A stretch of 64,000 nucleotides of DNA from Microgenomates bacterium OLB22. GTDB lineage: Bacteria > Patescibacteriota > Microgenomatia > UBA1406 > HO2-37-13b. The notes under the pieces are model-generated. The model was not told where the DNA came from. It did not search any database and saw only the letters and a list, made by a program, of their open reading frames with translations. Below, in pieces: positions 11,426 through 20,187 of this stretch. Position numbers and translations under genes: made by a program. Numbering within the stretch: the stretch's first letter is position 1; each line of letters opens with the position of its first letter. The stretch lies in assembly GCA_001567515.1 (NCBI GenBank), contig LLEV01000006.1:5039-69038 (forward strand), in the 5' to 3' direction.

Positions 11426-12211
11426 ATGTCTGACCTCAAGCGTAAGAATGAGGAATGGAAGAAGCGATTTAAGGATGCTTTGGCGAAGTGGTGGAGAGTG
11501 AATGGCTATAAATTCGCTTCTGTCCTTCGTGATGAGTTGGGCATTGATGACAATGTATGGAGTCATATGGCCGCAGGTACAAGTATTGGTCCCACTGAAT
11601 ATTACGCCCGTATCTATGCCCGTTCAGGGACGACTCTAAAGGAGTCGGATCCAACGACCATTCCTGATCGACCCCGCGCTGGCGGGACAAGTATTCCGCT
11701 CGCATGGAGTCAAGATGAGCTTGAAGAGTATCTGGCTGGTCCAGGTAGGAAGTATCTCCCAAAGGGCAGTGCTCAGTCTGTGGCGCCGATGTCTCGATCT
11801 GAAGTTGTAGCACCCGTTGCACAGGGTACACAGACTATTGCCGCCTCAGTTTTTGGGAATATCGGTCTGGGGATGGATGCTGTCATGCAGCAAGTGATTG
11901 AGATAGCGGCAGATCGCATCGCTCAAAGACTCGCGAGTAATCCATATCAAGGTGTAGATATCTCGGCACTGGCAGCTGCTGTAGCCACTGAGGTGGGTAA
12001 GAAGCAGCAAAGAGATGCGGTAAGTATGACTATGATGCTTTCAATGCTGACAAACCTCCTTGATCTAGCTATGACAAGTAGTCCTGAGCAACGCGATGAG
12101 CTTGTCAAAGAGCACGGCCGTGCATTTGGTCGCATAATTCGGATGCTAAACACCTTGACGAAGCCGCGCGACCAGCGCGAAGCTGAACTCGATCTTCCAC
12201 AGGAGCTTTAA
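11426..12211 (+). CDS. Hypothetical protein with possible N-terminal HTH, first gene of a two-gene operon
   Basis: TATACTATG box at 11340-11348 and RBS AAAGGAG before the ATG. The N-terminus KRFKDALAKWWRVNGYKFASVLRDELGIDDNVWSHMAAG resembles an XRE-type HTH. The stop lies 1 nt before the next ATG. Confidence 0.5.
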   Translation: MSDLKRKNEEWKKRFKDALAKWWRVNGYKFASVLRDELGIDDNVWSHMAAGTSIGPTEYYARIYARSGTTLKESDPTTIPDRPRAGGTSIPLAWSQDELEEYLAGPGRKYLPKGSAQSVAPMSRSEVVAPVAQGTQTIAASVFGNIGLGMDAVMQQVIEIAADRIAQRLASNPYQGVDISALAAAVATEVGKKQQRDAVSMTMMLSMLTNLLDLAMTSSPEQRDELVKEHGRAFGRIIRMLNTLTKPRDQREAELDLPQEL

Positions 12212-12212
12212 C

Positions 12213-14231
12213 ATGGGCGTCCCAAAGGTGGTCATAACGGATCGCGTATTCGGGAATCTCACCGGGGAAGCGCGGCATCATATTGCGAATATGCTCATCC
12301 ATTTGTCTCACATGAGTGGGAGCCCTATCGAGTTTACTCGTGAGGGTGTCGAAAATGGTATTGATGCCGGTGCTCCAGATATCTCACTCGGTCTCCGAGC
12401 CGAAAGGGATGGTACCAATACACTTATCTTTGCCGATAACGGACATGGAATGGTCCCCTACATGACTGAGAAGGATATCAGCACCTTGCTTGGATATTTC
12501 ATCGATATCGAGAAGGGGACGTACGATCCCAAACTGAAGATCGTTGACTATCTTGAGCAGACGAGTAGATATTCGCTTCAGTGGATGGCTGCGCTGCCTG
12601 CTTTCTCGCAAAAGAATGCAGAGGAGGAGGAAGATCAGTTCGGAATCCGTGGAGTAGGAGTGCAGGGTTTCAGACAGTATGGCAAGCGCGGGGTGTGGCT
12701 CACAAAGCCAGATCCTGAGCTAGCTCGTGCTTATTATGGCCCCGATGATCCTCGCAGTGTACATCCGCCTACCTATCGACTTGAGCTTCCTACGATGGAA
12801 GATCTTAGGTATGGTCGTATCGAGAGCAAGATCGAGTTGTCAGATGAAGATCTGACAGATCCCACACGTCCTGGAAATCCTCCGATGGCACATGGTACTG
12901 TCGCATATATCTATGGTTTGTCAAATGAAGCTATCAATGCGCTCAGGCCTAAGCTTATTCAGCGTGACTTTGGTGATCGATATCAACATGCCATTCGAGA
13001 TGGCTTGCAGCTTCGTGTCGTTGACATGATGACAAAGAGTCGCGGGATGAAGAGTCCTAGTGGGCTCACGTTTGTGATCCAGGCCAGGGCATACAATGGA
13101 ACCAAGATCGTCGACCAGATGATACAGCTCCCTGAGCATAATACACGCTTTCATGTAGAGCTGTATTATGATCCAGTGGCAGAGGAAAGCTATCCACGCT
13201 ATCGTCGCAAGGGAAGTGGGAGACTCCCCATCACGAGCCTCGCTGCTTTTGAGAGAGCCCCTTGGGTAAGTGGGAAGCTTGATGGTCACATCGATTTTCC
13301 CGACCTTCCTGACTCTGTGGCACCTTGGGACACGCAAAAGATGATACCTATCGAAGGCCCAGTTCGTTCAGCATGGGAAAGGGCATTGAAGATTATCGAG
13401 CCCTATATCCTCAATGAGATTAAGAAGATCGACGATAAGGTCCGTAAGGACAGATCCGGTAAGGAGCTGGGCACGTTGTCAGCACACCTTCTGGCTGCCC
13501 TTGGGGATCTTGAGGGCCTTCCTGATCTACAGGGTATTGCTCCTGTCGAGGTAAAGCCAGGGGGATCTGGAATAGTTCGTGTCCGAGGTACCACACCTCA
13601 GCCACACGTTGTAGTACGTATCAAAGATCTTGATTCGGGACGTGGAGTTGAGGGGGTGAGTGTCCAGTTCTTCAAGTTCGCCGATAAGGGCAGTGTGCGT
13701 CGCAGTTATGCGAGTGCTATCAGTAGTGCCTGGACCACAGGCATCAGCGGGCAGATCACGCAGACCAACTTTTATGCTCTGCATGGCGCAGGTCGTTATC
13801 GAGTCCGGATCAGTCTCCCGCAGGGAGTACATCTGGCACAAGATGAAGCTATCGAACAGGAATTTGTGTTGCGTGCGGATAAGCCCCATCAACGAGTCGA
13901 ATTCTTAGTCCATGCGGCACTTCAGCCTCGTGAGATAAAGAAGCTTCCACACGGTTTTAGTGTGGGTTTGAATTACAATGACGCTCTACCTGAAGACGTC
14001 ATGTATGACGGAAGTCGTATCGGACGATTGAGTCTGGTTGACATCAATCCGAAGCATGCGGCCTTTATTAAACATCAGGAATTGGGGAAGCTGGTGCTCC
14101 ATGACTACATCATGATGTGTGCGGCACACGCCGTCATTGGACACACATGCAGTGCTTTTAGCCCTCGGGAACAGCTCTATTTTGCGACTGAGCTGACAGC
14201 CAGAGCCCAAGCGCGAGCACGAGGGAAGTAG
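12213..14231 (+). CDS. GHKL (MORC/HATPase_c_3-like) ATPase with C-terminal CarboxypepD_reg-like beta-sandwich
   Basis: N-box EGVENGIDAGA, G1-box IFADNGHGM and G2-like GIRGVGVQGF...GVWLTK. Later, VVVRIKDLDSGRGVEGVSVQFF...TTGISGQIT...GRYRVRISLPQG resembles a carboxypeptidase-regulatory-like fold. Confidence 0.7.
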   Translation: MGVPKVVITDRVFGNLTGEARHHIANMLIHLSHMSGSPIEFTREGVENGIDAGAPDISLGLRAERDGTNTLIFADNGHGMVPYMTEKDISTLLGYFIDIEKGTYDPKLKIVDYLEQTSRYSLQWMAALPAFSQKNAEEEEDQFGIRGVGVQGFRQYGKRGVWLTKPDPELARAYYGPDDPRSVHPPTYRLELPTMEDLRYGRIESKIELSDEDLTDPTRPGNPPMAHGTVAYIYGLSNEAINALRPKLIQRDFGDRYQHAIRDGLQLRVVDMMTKSRGMKSPSGLTFVIQARAYNGTKIVDQMIQLPEHNTRFHVELYYDPVAEESYPRYRRKGSGRLPITSLAAFERAPWVSGKLDGHIDFPDLPDSVAPWDTQKMIPIEGPVRSAWERALKIIEPYILNEIKKIDDKVRKDRSGKELGTLSAHLLAALGDLEGLPDLQGIAPVEVKPGGSGIVRVRGTTPQPHVVVRIKDLDSGRGVEGVSVQFFKFADKGSVRRSYASAISSAWTTGISGQITQTNFYALHGAGRYRVRISLPQGVHLAQDEAIEQEFVLRADKPHQRVEFLVHAALQPREIKKLPHGFSVGLNYNDALPEDVMYDGSRIGRLSLVDINPKHAAFIKHQELGKLVLHDYIMMCAAHAVIGHTCSAFSPREQLYFATELTARAQARARGK

Positions 14232-14242
14232 GTTTTTTCTCA

Positions 14243-14292
14243 CCCCTCCGTAGCCAGGTACCAGACGGTACCTGGCGAAGGGGGGGCTTTTT
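14243..14292 (+). terminator. Rho-independent terminator
   Basis: Stem ccaggtacc / ggtacctgg (14254-14275) nested in cccctcc/gggggg, followed by tttttt. Confidence 0.75.
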
Positions 14293-14350
14293 TATGCTCA
14301 CAAAGTCCTATCAACACCTGGTAGATATTGTTTTACCTCTCGCTGTGTAG

Positions 14351-14360
14351 TATACTATAG
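14351..14360 (+). promoter_or_regulatory. Putative -10 box TATACTATAG
   Basis: Lies 30 nt upstream of the ATG at 14390, with RBS AAGGAG at 14378-14383. Same motif as at 22013, 34070, 1202, 11340, 15486 and 51135(-). Confidence 0.5.
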
Positions 14361-14389
14361 GCATTGTTCTTTCACACAAGGAGTGGTAG

Positions 14390-14887
14390 ATGAGTCATGT
14401 GGCGAGCTATTATCCTATCATCGCAGCGCTTCAGGCTGCTGAGCGGATGCCAGGTATGGGTGGGGCAGGTATTACATGGACTGGGAGCAATGATGTGCAG
14501 ACACGATTTCTGACTGAAGTTGTTGGCCCTGGATACAAGCATGTAGCGGGCTTGCCAATAGAAAGTCTTGCCTCAAAGAGCGTAGATGAGATCAATGCCT
14601 TTTTGGCAGCAAGAGGATTTAGCATCACCCTCCGACCTATTGGCCCACAGGACTTTGCTGTGGCTACAATTCTTGACCTCTTGGTCGAGTGGCTAAACGA
14701 GGGGACTCGCGACATCATTCGTACCCCTCAAGGGGAATACCCGGTGGCAAAAATAAAGGGAGGTGGAGTAGAGCTCTATAAGAGCGCTAATTCCCCTCAC
14801 CCAATTGCCCGGTTGCAGACGAGGTCTGAATATAAGGTCTATATGACAATGGTGGATGAACCCCCTCCGACAGGTATTGGCTCATGA
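14390..14887 (+). CDS. Hypothetical protein, possible N-terminal half of a short serpin-like protein
   Basis: Ends ...YKVYMTMVDEPPPTGIGS, resembling the serpin 'lsm.iiLP.e..gl' segment. Overlaps the next ORF by ATGA. Confidence 0.35.
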   Translation: MSHVASYYPIIAALQAAERMPGMGGAGITWTGSNDVQTRFLTEVVGPGYKHVAGLPIESLASKSVDEINAFLAARGFSITLRPIGPQDFAVATILDLLVEWLNEGTRDIIRTPQGEYPVAKIKGGGVELYKSANSPHPIARLQTRSEYKVYMTMVDEPPPTGIGS

Positions 14888-15252
14888 GCCTTATTCGAGA
14901 TTTATCTGCAGACATGTCATCCCACTATAGAAATGAAGGGGTCATCTTCCCGATGGTGGATATGGATATCAAGGAAGACATGTCATGGATACTTGGCCTC
15001 AGTGCACAGGCTGCCGATGGTCGCCCAGCGGTCATCTCCCAAGCTGTCCGCCAGGACAAGTTGCGGATGAATCATCGGGGGGCTCGGGCACAGACGGCCG
15101 TCGCTATGGCCGTGATGCGCGGGATGTCTCCTCCGCCACTCGTGATCGATCGCCCGTTTGTTGTGTGGTTTGATCGAGCGGGACTTCCGTTTCCGATCTT
15201 CAGCGCGTATGTGACTCAGGAGCACTGGCGCGAGCCGGATACTCTTGATTGA
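14884..15252 (+). CDS. Serpin-like C-terminal half (tentative)
   Basis: Three consecutive serpin-like blocks: VIFPMVDMDIKEDMSWILGLS (cf. v.lPkf.ie..dl...L..lG), ISQAVRQDKLRMNHRGARAQTAVAM (cf. vs.vvHkA.levnEeGteAaAat) and LVIDRPFVVWF...PIFSAYV (cf. f.adrPFlf.i....ilF.Grv). Confidence 0.35.
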   Translation: MSLIRDLSADMSSHYRNEGVIFPMVDMDIKEDMSWILGLSAQAADGRPAVISQAVRQDKLRMNHRGARAQTAVAMAVMRGMSPPPLVIDRPFVVWFDRAGLPFPIFSAYVTQEHWREPDTLD

Positions 15253-15267
15253 TGTTTATTGACCTTG

Positions 15268-15297
15268 CCCAGCCCTTCGTGAAGGGCTGGGTTTTTT
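15268..15297 (+). terminator. Rho-independent terminator
   Basis: cccagccctt cgtg aagggctggg followed by tttttt. Confidence 0.8.
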
Positions 15298-15300
15298 CCG

Positions 15301-15480
15301 CCCAAGCATAAAAAATCCTAAAAACTAAACACTAAATACTAAACAAATCCAAAATACAAATCACAAATATCAAAACCTAGGCGCTGTCATCCCAAATTTG
15401 ATTTGGGACCAGTAGACAACATTCAAAAAGAAATCCTGTCCGACAGCCGGCGGATTAGAAATTAGGAATCTCAATCTATT
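15301..15480. repeat. Intergenic repeat mosaic 1
   Basis: A/C-rich low-complexity run (aaatcctaaaaactaaacactaaatactaaacaaatccaaaatacaaatcac), hairpin tgtcatcccaaatttgatttgggacc (15385-15410) and palindrome tccgacagccggcgga (15439-15454). Confidence 0.7.
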
Positions 15481-15550
15481 CATGATATACTATGAGGTGC
15501 TTCGGATATGTTCTGAGGCAGTACTTTTTAACACAAAAGGAGAAATAAGC

Positions 15551-16185
15551 ATGCTTGGAGGAATCTTTAATAAGGGAGATAGCTCTTCTAGCTCAAGTAG
15601 TGGCTCATCTGGAGGTGAGCGAAGGGTCCCTCGTCCGATTGCCCAGATTCCTGAACTCAAGATGTCGCCGGAACGACTGAGGGCATATGAGGCTGCTATT
15701 GAGGGAGTTCTGGATCGGCCCGAGCTAGAGTTACTCGTCGCCAAGATCATTGCTTATTTCGTCGAACAAAAGATCCCGCTCTTCGATTATCGAGAGACTT
15801 ATGATTATCTGACCGACCGACAAACCTTCGATGAGGGTCACAAGCGCTGGCATTGGGCACATATTAATGCTGTTGGTAAGCCCAAAGCTTGGGGATACGA
15901 CACTTATCCTAAGCAGCCAGGCTATCATGACAACACTGTCACAAGGCACTTTGAGCTTATTCCTATTCGTATTCTCAGAATTATACGGGAGCTTCAAGAG
16001 AGATTCGGGGAAAGGTTGACATTTTATGTCTCGAGGAATGGGTCCTCCCAAAGTATATTATGGCTTTGCTCGATGATTATCTGCCTGACCCCGATACCAT
16101 ATTTATCTTTGATCACTGGGATTCGGATGCACCTGATGAAGGTGATCCTCTACCGACTGAAGATAGCTCCTTGATTAGCTCCTAG
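15551..16185 (+). CDS. Hypothetical cassette protein, paralog of 22078-22737 (frame broken near 16040-16049)
   Basis: RBS AAAGGAG. Ser-rich N-terminus; shares IPLFDY / IPIFDF and L.ERFGE..FYVS / L.DRFGD..IYVS with the paralog. After FYVSRNG the paralog-like sequence (LPKYIMALLDDYLPDPDTIFIFDHWDSD) continues in another frame to the TAG at 16183-16185. Confidence 0.6.
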
Positions 16186-16237
16186 CAGATAAACCCGACT
16201 CGCTACTCGTAGAGTAGTAGGGTCGGTTTTTTTATAC

Positions 16238-16467
16238 GTATTTTTTCATCCGCCTCATTGTCATTCTGTATTTATCCGCTAGCTGGCGGATAGAATCTCG
16301 AAATATAAACTGCAAAGATCATGAATCTAGTTCAGGATGACACAAAAGGGGCCAGGATTCCAGCCAGCGCTGGAATGACAGGTTTGGAGTTAGGGCTTTG
16401 ATTTTGGAATTTGTTTGGTTCTTGTATCTTGGGATTTGTTTAGAGATTAGAAATTTGGAATTAGAAA
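16238..16467. repeat. Intergenic repeat mosaic 2
   Basis: Palindrome atccgctagctggcggat (16274-16291), hairpin ggattccagccagcgctggaatgaca (16355-16380), half-site ttcaggatgaca, and a T/G-rich run complementary to the A/C-rich run of mosaic 1. Confidence 0.7.
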
Positions 16468-16893
16468 TTAAGCTCCAATCTCTCCAAACGTTACCTTTTC
16501 TGGCTTCCCACGGTATCCATAGATCATGATGTCATTTGCTGCTCTGAGTCCTTGAAGCACTAGTTTCACCAGAAGATCATTTTTACGTTTTCCTAGACTA
16601 CTCACCAATGGTTTTTTCATACTTAGATGGTGGACCGCATGTCTTGGTGATCGTGCATAGAAGAGGTCAAAGCTTCTAGAATGGACAGGGAATACATCTA
16701 GCTGCTTTCCGCTCTGGACGTGATTCATTACCACAGCACCAAAAAGGATCTTCCGTCTATCGCCTTGTGGAGCATCCATAGATAGGGGACCATCTACTCG
16801 GAATGCTTTTCGGGTATTGATAGGAGTTCTGTAATATCCCGGATGTATAAGTAGCCTCCCGTCAGTGTCCTTTTTTGACTCCACCTCAAACAC
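16468..16893 (-). CDS. Hypothetical protein, in frame with the upstream 568-aa ORF and separated from it by a single TAG
   Basis: The frame stays open from the TAG at 16993-16995 through ISIFFLEILAREAAKGIVDLYDCYPYNVEKITK to the GVG-start region at 16893. No canonical start or RBS lies in between. Confidence 0.45.
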   Translation of the reverse strand: MFEVESKKDTDGRLLIHPGYYRTPINTRKAFRVDGPLSMDAPQGDRRKILFGAVVMNHVQSGKQLDVFPVHSRSFDLFYARSPRHAVHHLSMKKPLVSSLGKRKNDLLVKLVLQGLRAANDIMIYGYRGKPEKVTFGEIGA

Positions 16894-16992
16894 CTTTGTG
16901 ATCTTTTCGACATTGTAGGGATAGCAGTCATATAGATCAACAATACCTTTTGCTGCTTCACGAGCGAGAATTTCTAGAAAAAAAATCGATAT

Positions 16993-18699
16993 CTATCTCT
17001 TTTTCTTCTTAGAGATCTTTTTAATGAGGTCTTGTGCGAGGTTCTCATCCTGAGTATTGACTAAGATTACATCACCGGGCTTAGCGATAGCTTGAGCTCC
17101 CGTCTGTGAATGAAGTAGGTTGCTCATCCGTTCTACAGTGAGCGTGTGATCTGTGGTCTCATCATAGGGGATCTGGACGAGGAGGGCTCCTTTTTGTTGT
17201 AATACTTCTGAAGCATAAGGAAAATCTGGCTCATCACGATCGATCTTTAAATAAAGGTATCCAGATATATCTACTTCTATATCTTTTAATAGTATTTTGA
17301 TCAGGTTACTTCCTGCGCTTTTTTGTAATCGTTGGAATAGGGCGTTCAGGTACTGAAATACGCGAGGATCGATCTCGGTGATATCTATCTGAGCATAGTG
17401 GGACTGAAGTTCGTTTGGCAAAGATGAAAACTCCTTGGCTAAAGGAACATGGCCATGGCGGGGCTTGTCTAAGAGCAATGCCTGTAAGACGGACTTGTTT
17501 TTCGTAGTAGCGGCCTCCTCTCTGAGTCCCGTGAGGTATTCTTCCAAAATGTGTTGGATCGAGAGGGTCCTATCGGAGCCCTTACGGAAGGGAAGGTTTT
17601 TATCATGATCATATACACTTTGTAGATAGGGTATGTATTTTTGTGGCAATAGTTTCCTCAATACTTTTTTGAAAAGTATTTTATCTTCACCGAGCTCTTT
17701 CGTGAGCAGAGGATCATCAAAACGCATGACGTCAAAGATACCTCTTGTGCCGATGTATGCGAGGAAATCTGCTGTTGCATTTGCATCATCTCCGCTGGTG
17801 ACTTTCTCATTTTTCATCCAGCGGCAAAAGTCCGTGATGAGCTCATAATAGTGGGCTAGATCATGTATCACTTGAACTTTCGCCTCAGGATCCTGGATAA
17901 ATAACTCTTGCCATACGCGATAGTGGAGGTGATTGGACAAAAGTTCGTAGTTGATCATGCCTGGATCATCAAAGATATGCTTTACGAAAAAGCTATTATC
18001 TGACCACGTTTGAAAAGCCTTTGTCACGGCCTGGGTATCATAGAGTATTGCCTGATGTATCCAGTCGTGAACTCTGCGGGATATAAGTTCACTGGCAAGT
18101 GAGAGAAGTGGATTGTCATCAAACGGTTTTACTCCATAGGCATCTTTGTGCCATTTCTGCAGTAAAGAAAAAACTTCCCGAGGCAAGCTGTAGGCGGGGA
18201 GGTCGACCTCAAATGCCCCTTCACTATCTGAAAACTGTCTTTTTACCACGCTAAAGACCATTGTCTTGCCTGCGATACGGACTTCGGAGTTAGCGTTAAA
18301 CCCAATCCCCCCAGCCTCACGCCTGCTGTCAAAGAAGGTAAGTCCTTGTTGGCTATCAGTCGGATTTTCATCAAAAAGTGATTGGATGAGGATGATGGAG
18401 GAAAGCATGGTGGTTGCCATCTGCTGTATACGCGTAATGGCAACTGATCTGAGGTCTATATTAAATACCCGGGCAAATGCGTGATAGTAGGGCTCGAGTC
18501 GGGTGATTTCTTTATCCCTGATGTCCGAAAAAGTCCCCGACGTAAGACTTTTTATCTTTTGCGCAAGTTGCTCTATTTCATTTTTTCGAAATTCATCTCT
18601 TTTTGTGCCTGACAGCGAATAGTACTGGTCGAGATCTGGGTTCATGATTGGAGGGAAGGGGTCACTGTAGGGGATATGGGGGGAACGATAAGCGGACAT
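16993..18699 (-). CDS. Large hypothetical protein (568 aa)
   Basis: Long uninterrupted ORF with no motif I can assign. Confidence 0.55.
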   Translation of the reverse strand: MSAYRSPHIPYSDPFPPIMNPDLDQYYSLSGTKRDEFRKNEIEQLAQKIKSLTSGTFSDIRDKEITRLEPYYHAFARVFNIDLRSVAITRIQQMATTMLSSIILIQSLFDENPTDSQQGLTFFDSRREAGGIGFNANSEVRIAGKTMVFSVVKRQFSDSEGAFEVDLPAYSLPREVFSLLQKWHKDAYGVKPFDDNPLLSLASELISRRVHDWIHQAILYDTQAVTKAFQTWSDNSFFVKHIFDDPGMINYELLSNHLHYRVWQELFIQDPEAKVQVIHDLAHYYELITDFCRWMKNEKVTSGDDANATADFLAYIGTRGIFDVMRFDDPLLTKELGEDKILFKKVLRKLLPQKYIPYLQSVYDHDKNLPFRKGSDRTLSIQHILEEYLTGLREEAATTKNKSVLQALLLDKPRHGHVPLAKEFSSLPNELQSHYAQIDITEIDPRVFQYLNALFQRLQKSAGSNLIKILLKDIEVDISGYLYLKIDRDEPDFPYASEVLQQKGALLVQIPYDETTDHTLTVERMSNLLHSQTGAQAIAKPGDVILVNTQDENLAQDLIKKISKKKKR

Positions 18700-18835
18700 A
18701 TCCTCATTGTGGCTCGTCAGGAGGGAAGTTTCAAGAGAGAGTAGGAAAAAGTCGATAAGTAGACCGTCAAATTGACGCCAGTGAGTAAGCGTGTTAGTAT
18801 ATCGTCACGCTAGTCTAAGCAAGGAGAATGCCTCA

Positions 18836-19480
18836 ATGGACCTAGGAATCGTTCCGACAGATGTTCTCGTTCGGGAGTTGGTTGGTCGGTCTGACCTTAT
18901 ACGCCAGGATGGGCTCATGGACCCAGATAAGTGGGCTCTACGTCCTGCGATAGGACCAGTAGCCTGTGTTGATGCAGTTGCTATCCGTATTGAGCGGGCA
19001 GACGACTTCGGATGGAGAGTCGTAGGAGGTGTTATTCGTCGCAACACTGGCAGGTATGCTGGGAAGCTCGCCCTCATAGGCGGGGTGGTTGCTCGGTACG
19101 AAAGTATCGGAGATGCGCTAACGAGACATTGGCATGCTGATCTAGGCCTTGATATTGAGCTACCACTTGGATGGGATCATCCGGTATGCATGCGTCAGTA
19201 TGCACCTCAGCTCGATGGTAGGAACCGACCAGACTTTTGTCACGATCCAGGAAAACATAGCTATGCTTCGACGCATATTGTGACGTTGTCTGAGGATCAA
19301 GTCGTTGATTTTAGATCAAAAATTGGTGGACAAGAAGCGATAGGCTTCGAGTGGTATGACGCTATTACCTGTCCACCCGAGTCTGAGTGGGGATATGACA
19401 TGCGGCAGACGTTTCTACATGTGTTGGAGCGAGCCCAGCAAGCTCGATTTGCTATACAGCGATATCTCGCTATACACTAG
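18836..19480 (+). CDS. Nudix-fold-like protein with degenerate Nudix box (tentative)
   Basis: RBS AAGGAG at 18821-18826. GKLALIGGVVARYESIGDALTRHWHADLGL aligns to G-x5-E-x7-REUxEExGU, but the catalytic Glu positions are replaced. Confidence 0.35.
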   Translation: MDLGIVPTDVLVRELVGRSDLIRQDGLMDPDKWALRPAIGPVACVDAVAIRIERADDFGWRVVGGVIRRNTGRYAGKLALIGGVVARYESIGDALTRHWHADLGLDIELPLGWDHPVCMRQYAPQLDGRNRPDFCHDPGKHSYASTHIVTLSEDQVVDFRSKIGGQEAIGFEWYDAITCPPESEWGYDMRQTFLHVLERAQQARFAIQRYLAIH

Positions 19481-19489
19481 TGAAAATGG

Positions 19490-19522
19490 GCTTCCGCGCA
19501 GCTAGATGCTGCGCCTTTTTTT
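19490..19522 (+). terminator. Rho-independent terminator
   Basis: gcgcagc tagat gctgcgc followed by ttttttt. Confidence 0.7.
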
Positions 19523-19620
19523 GTATCCATTAGAAATGGAAGAGATCCTAATGAAAGGGAGAGAAGAGAAGCTCGAGATAGAAAGGATTGTTTAGAGTTT
19601 AAACTTTTTGGAAATACCTC

Positions 19621-19861
19621 CTAAGAAGAGTCTTGATTGATCTTCTGCCATATCCACTTTTTTAAGTAGTCTTCCCTATTTTTAGCATCAATCCGATTGA
19701 GAAAAGCTTCATAGAAAATGAGTCGATACGGGATAAAGCGTTTTGTGGACTTGTTTCGGCCAGCATTATGGCTAGCTAACCGTTTTTTTTAAATCTGAGG
19801 TATAGCCAATATAAAGACTATTATTTTTCTCACTTTGAAGAATATATGTATAGTAAAACAT
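19621..19861 (-). CDS. Small GIY-YIG nuclease-family protein (frame broken at homopolymer 19783-19790)
   Basis: The minus strand reads MFYYTYILQSEKNNSLYIGYTSDLKK, then after removing one A of an A8 run, RLASHNAGRNKSTKRFIPYRLIFYEAFLNRIDAKNREDYLKKW. This is the classic COG2827-type GIY-YIG protein. It is absent from the ORF track because both halves are under 60 aa. Confidence 0.8.
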
Positions 19862-19962
19862 ATTTATTCAGGCGAGACGTAAGAAATTTTCAGGGAAAAT
19901 TTCAACGTCTCAGCAGCGTTGAACGTAAGATTCTGCTTTGCAGAATCAACGTTCTTACGTTG

Positions 19963-20048
19963 CGGAGGCGATGGGATTCGAACCCATGAGAGTATTTCTA
20001 CTCGCAGGTTTAGCAAACCTGTGCACTGGGCCACTATGCGACGCCTCC
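19963..20048 (-). tRNA. tRNA-Ser (anticodon GCT)
   Basis: Acceptor GGAGGCG/CGCCTCC, anticodon stem CAGGT/ACCTG with loop TTGCTAA, a long variable arm, and T-arm ATGGGTTCGAATCCCAT. Confidence 0.85.
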
Positions 20049-20099
20049 AAGGCTCTATTCTAACAAAAAATACTGAATTATCCCTAGCTAACATTCCAT

Positions 20100-20130
20100 A
20101 AAAAAAGCTCTCGACCTCTAGCCGAGAGCT
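20100..20130 (-). terminator. Rho-independent terminator of gene 20188-21042
   Basis: On the minus strand: gctctcg gctagaggt cgagagc followed by ttttttt. Confidence 0.75.
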
Positions 20131-20187
20131 GCTTTACTCGTGAGATGTAGACCTTTGATCCTTGGACAGTCGACTATGCTCACTGTA

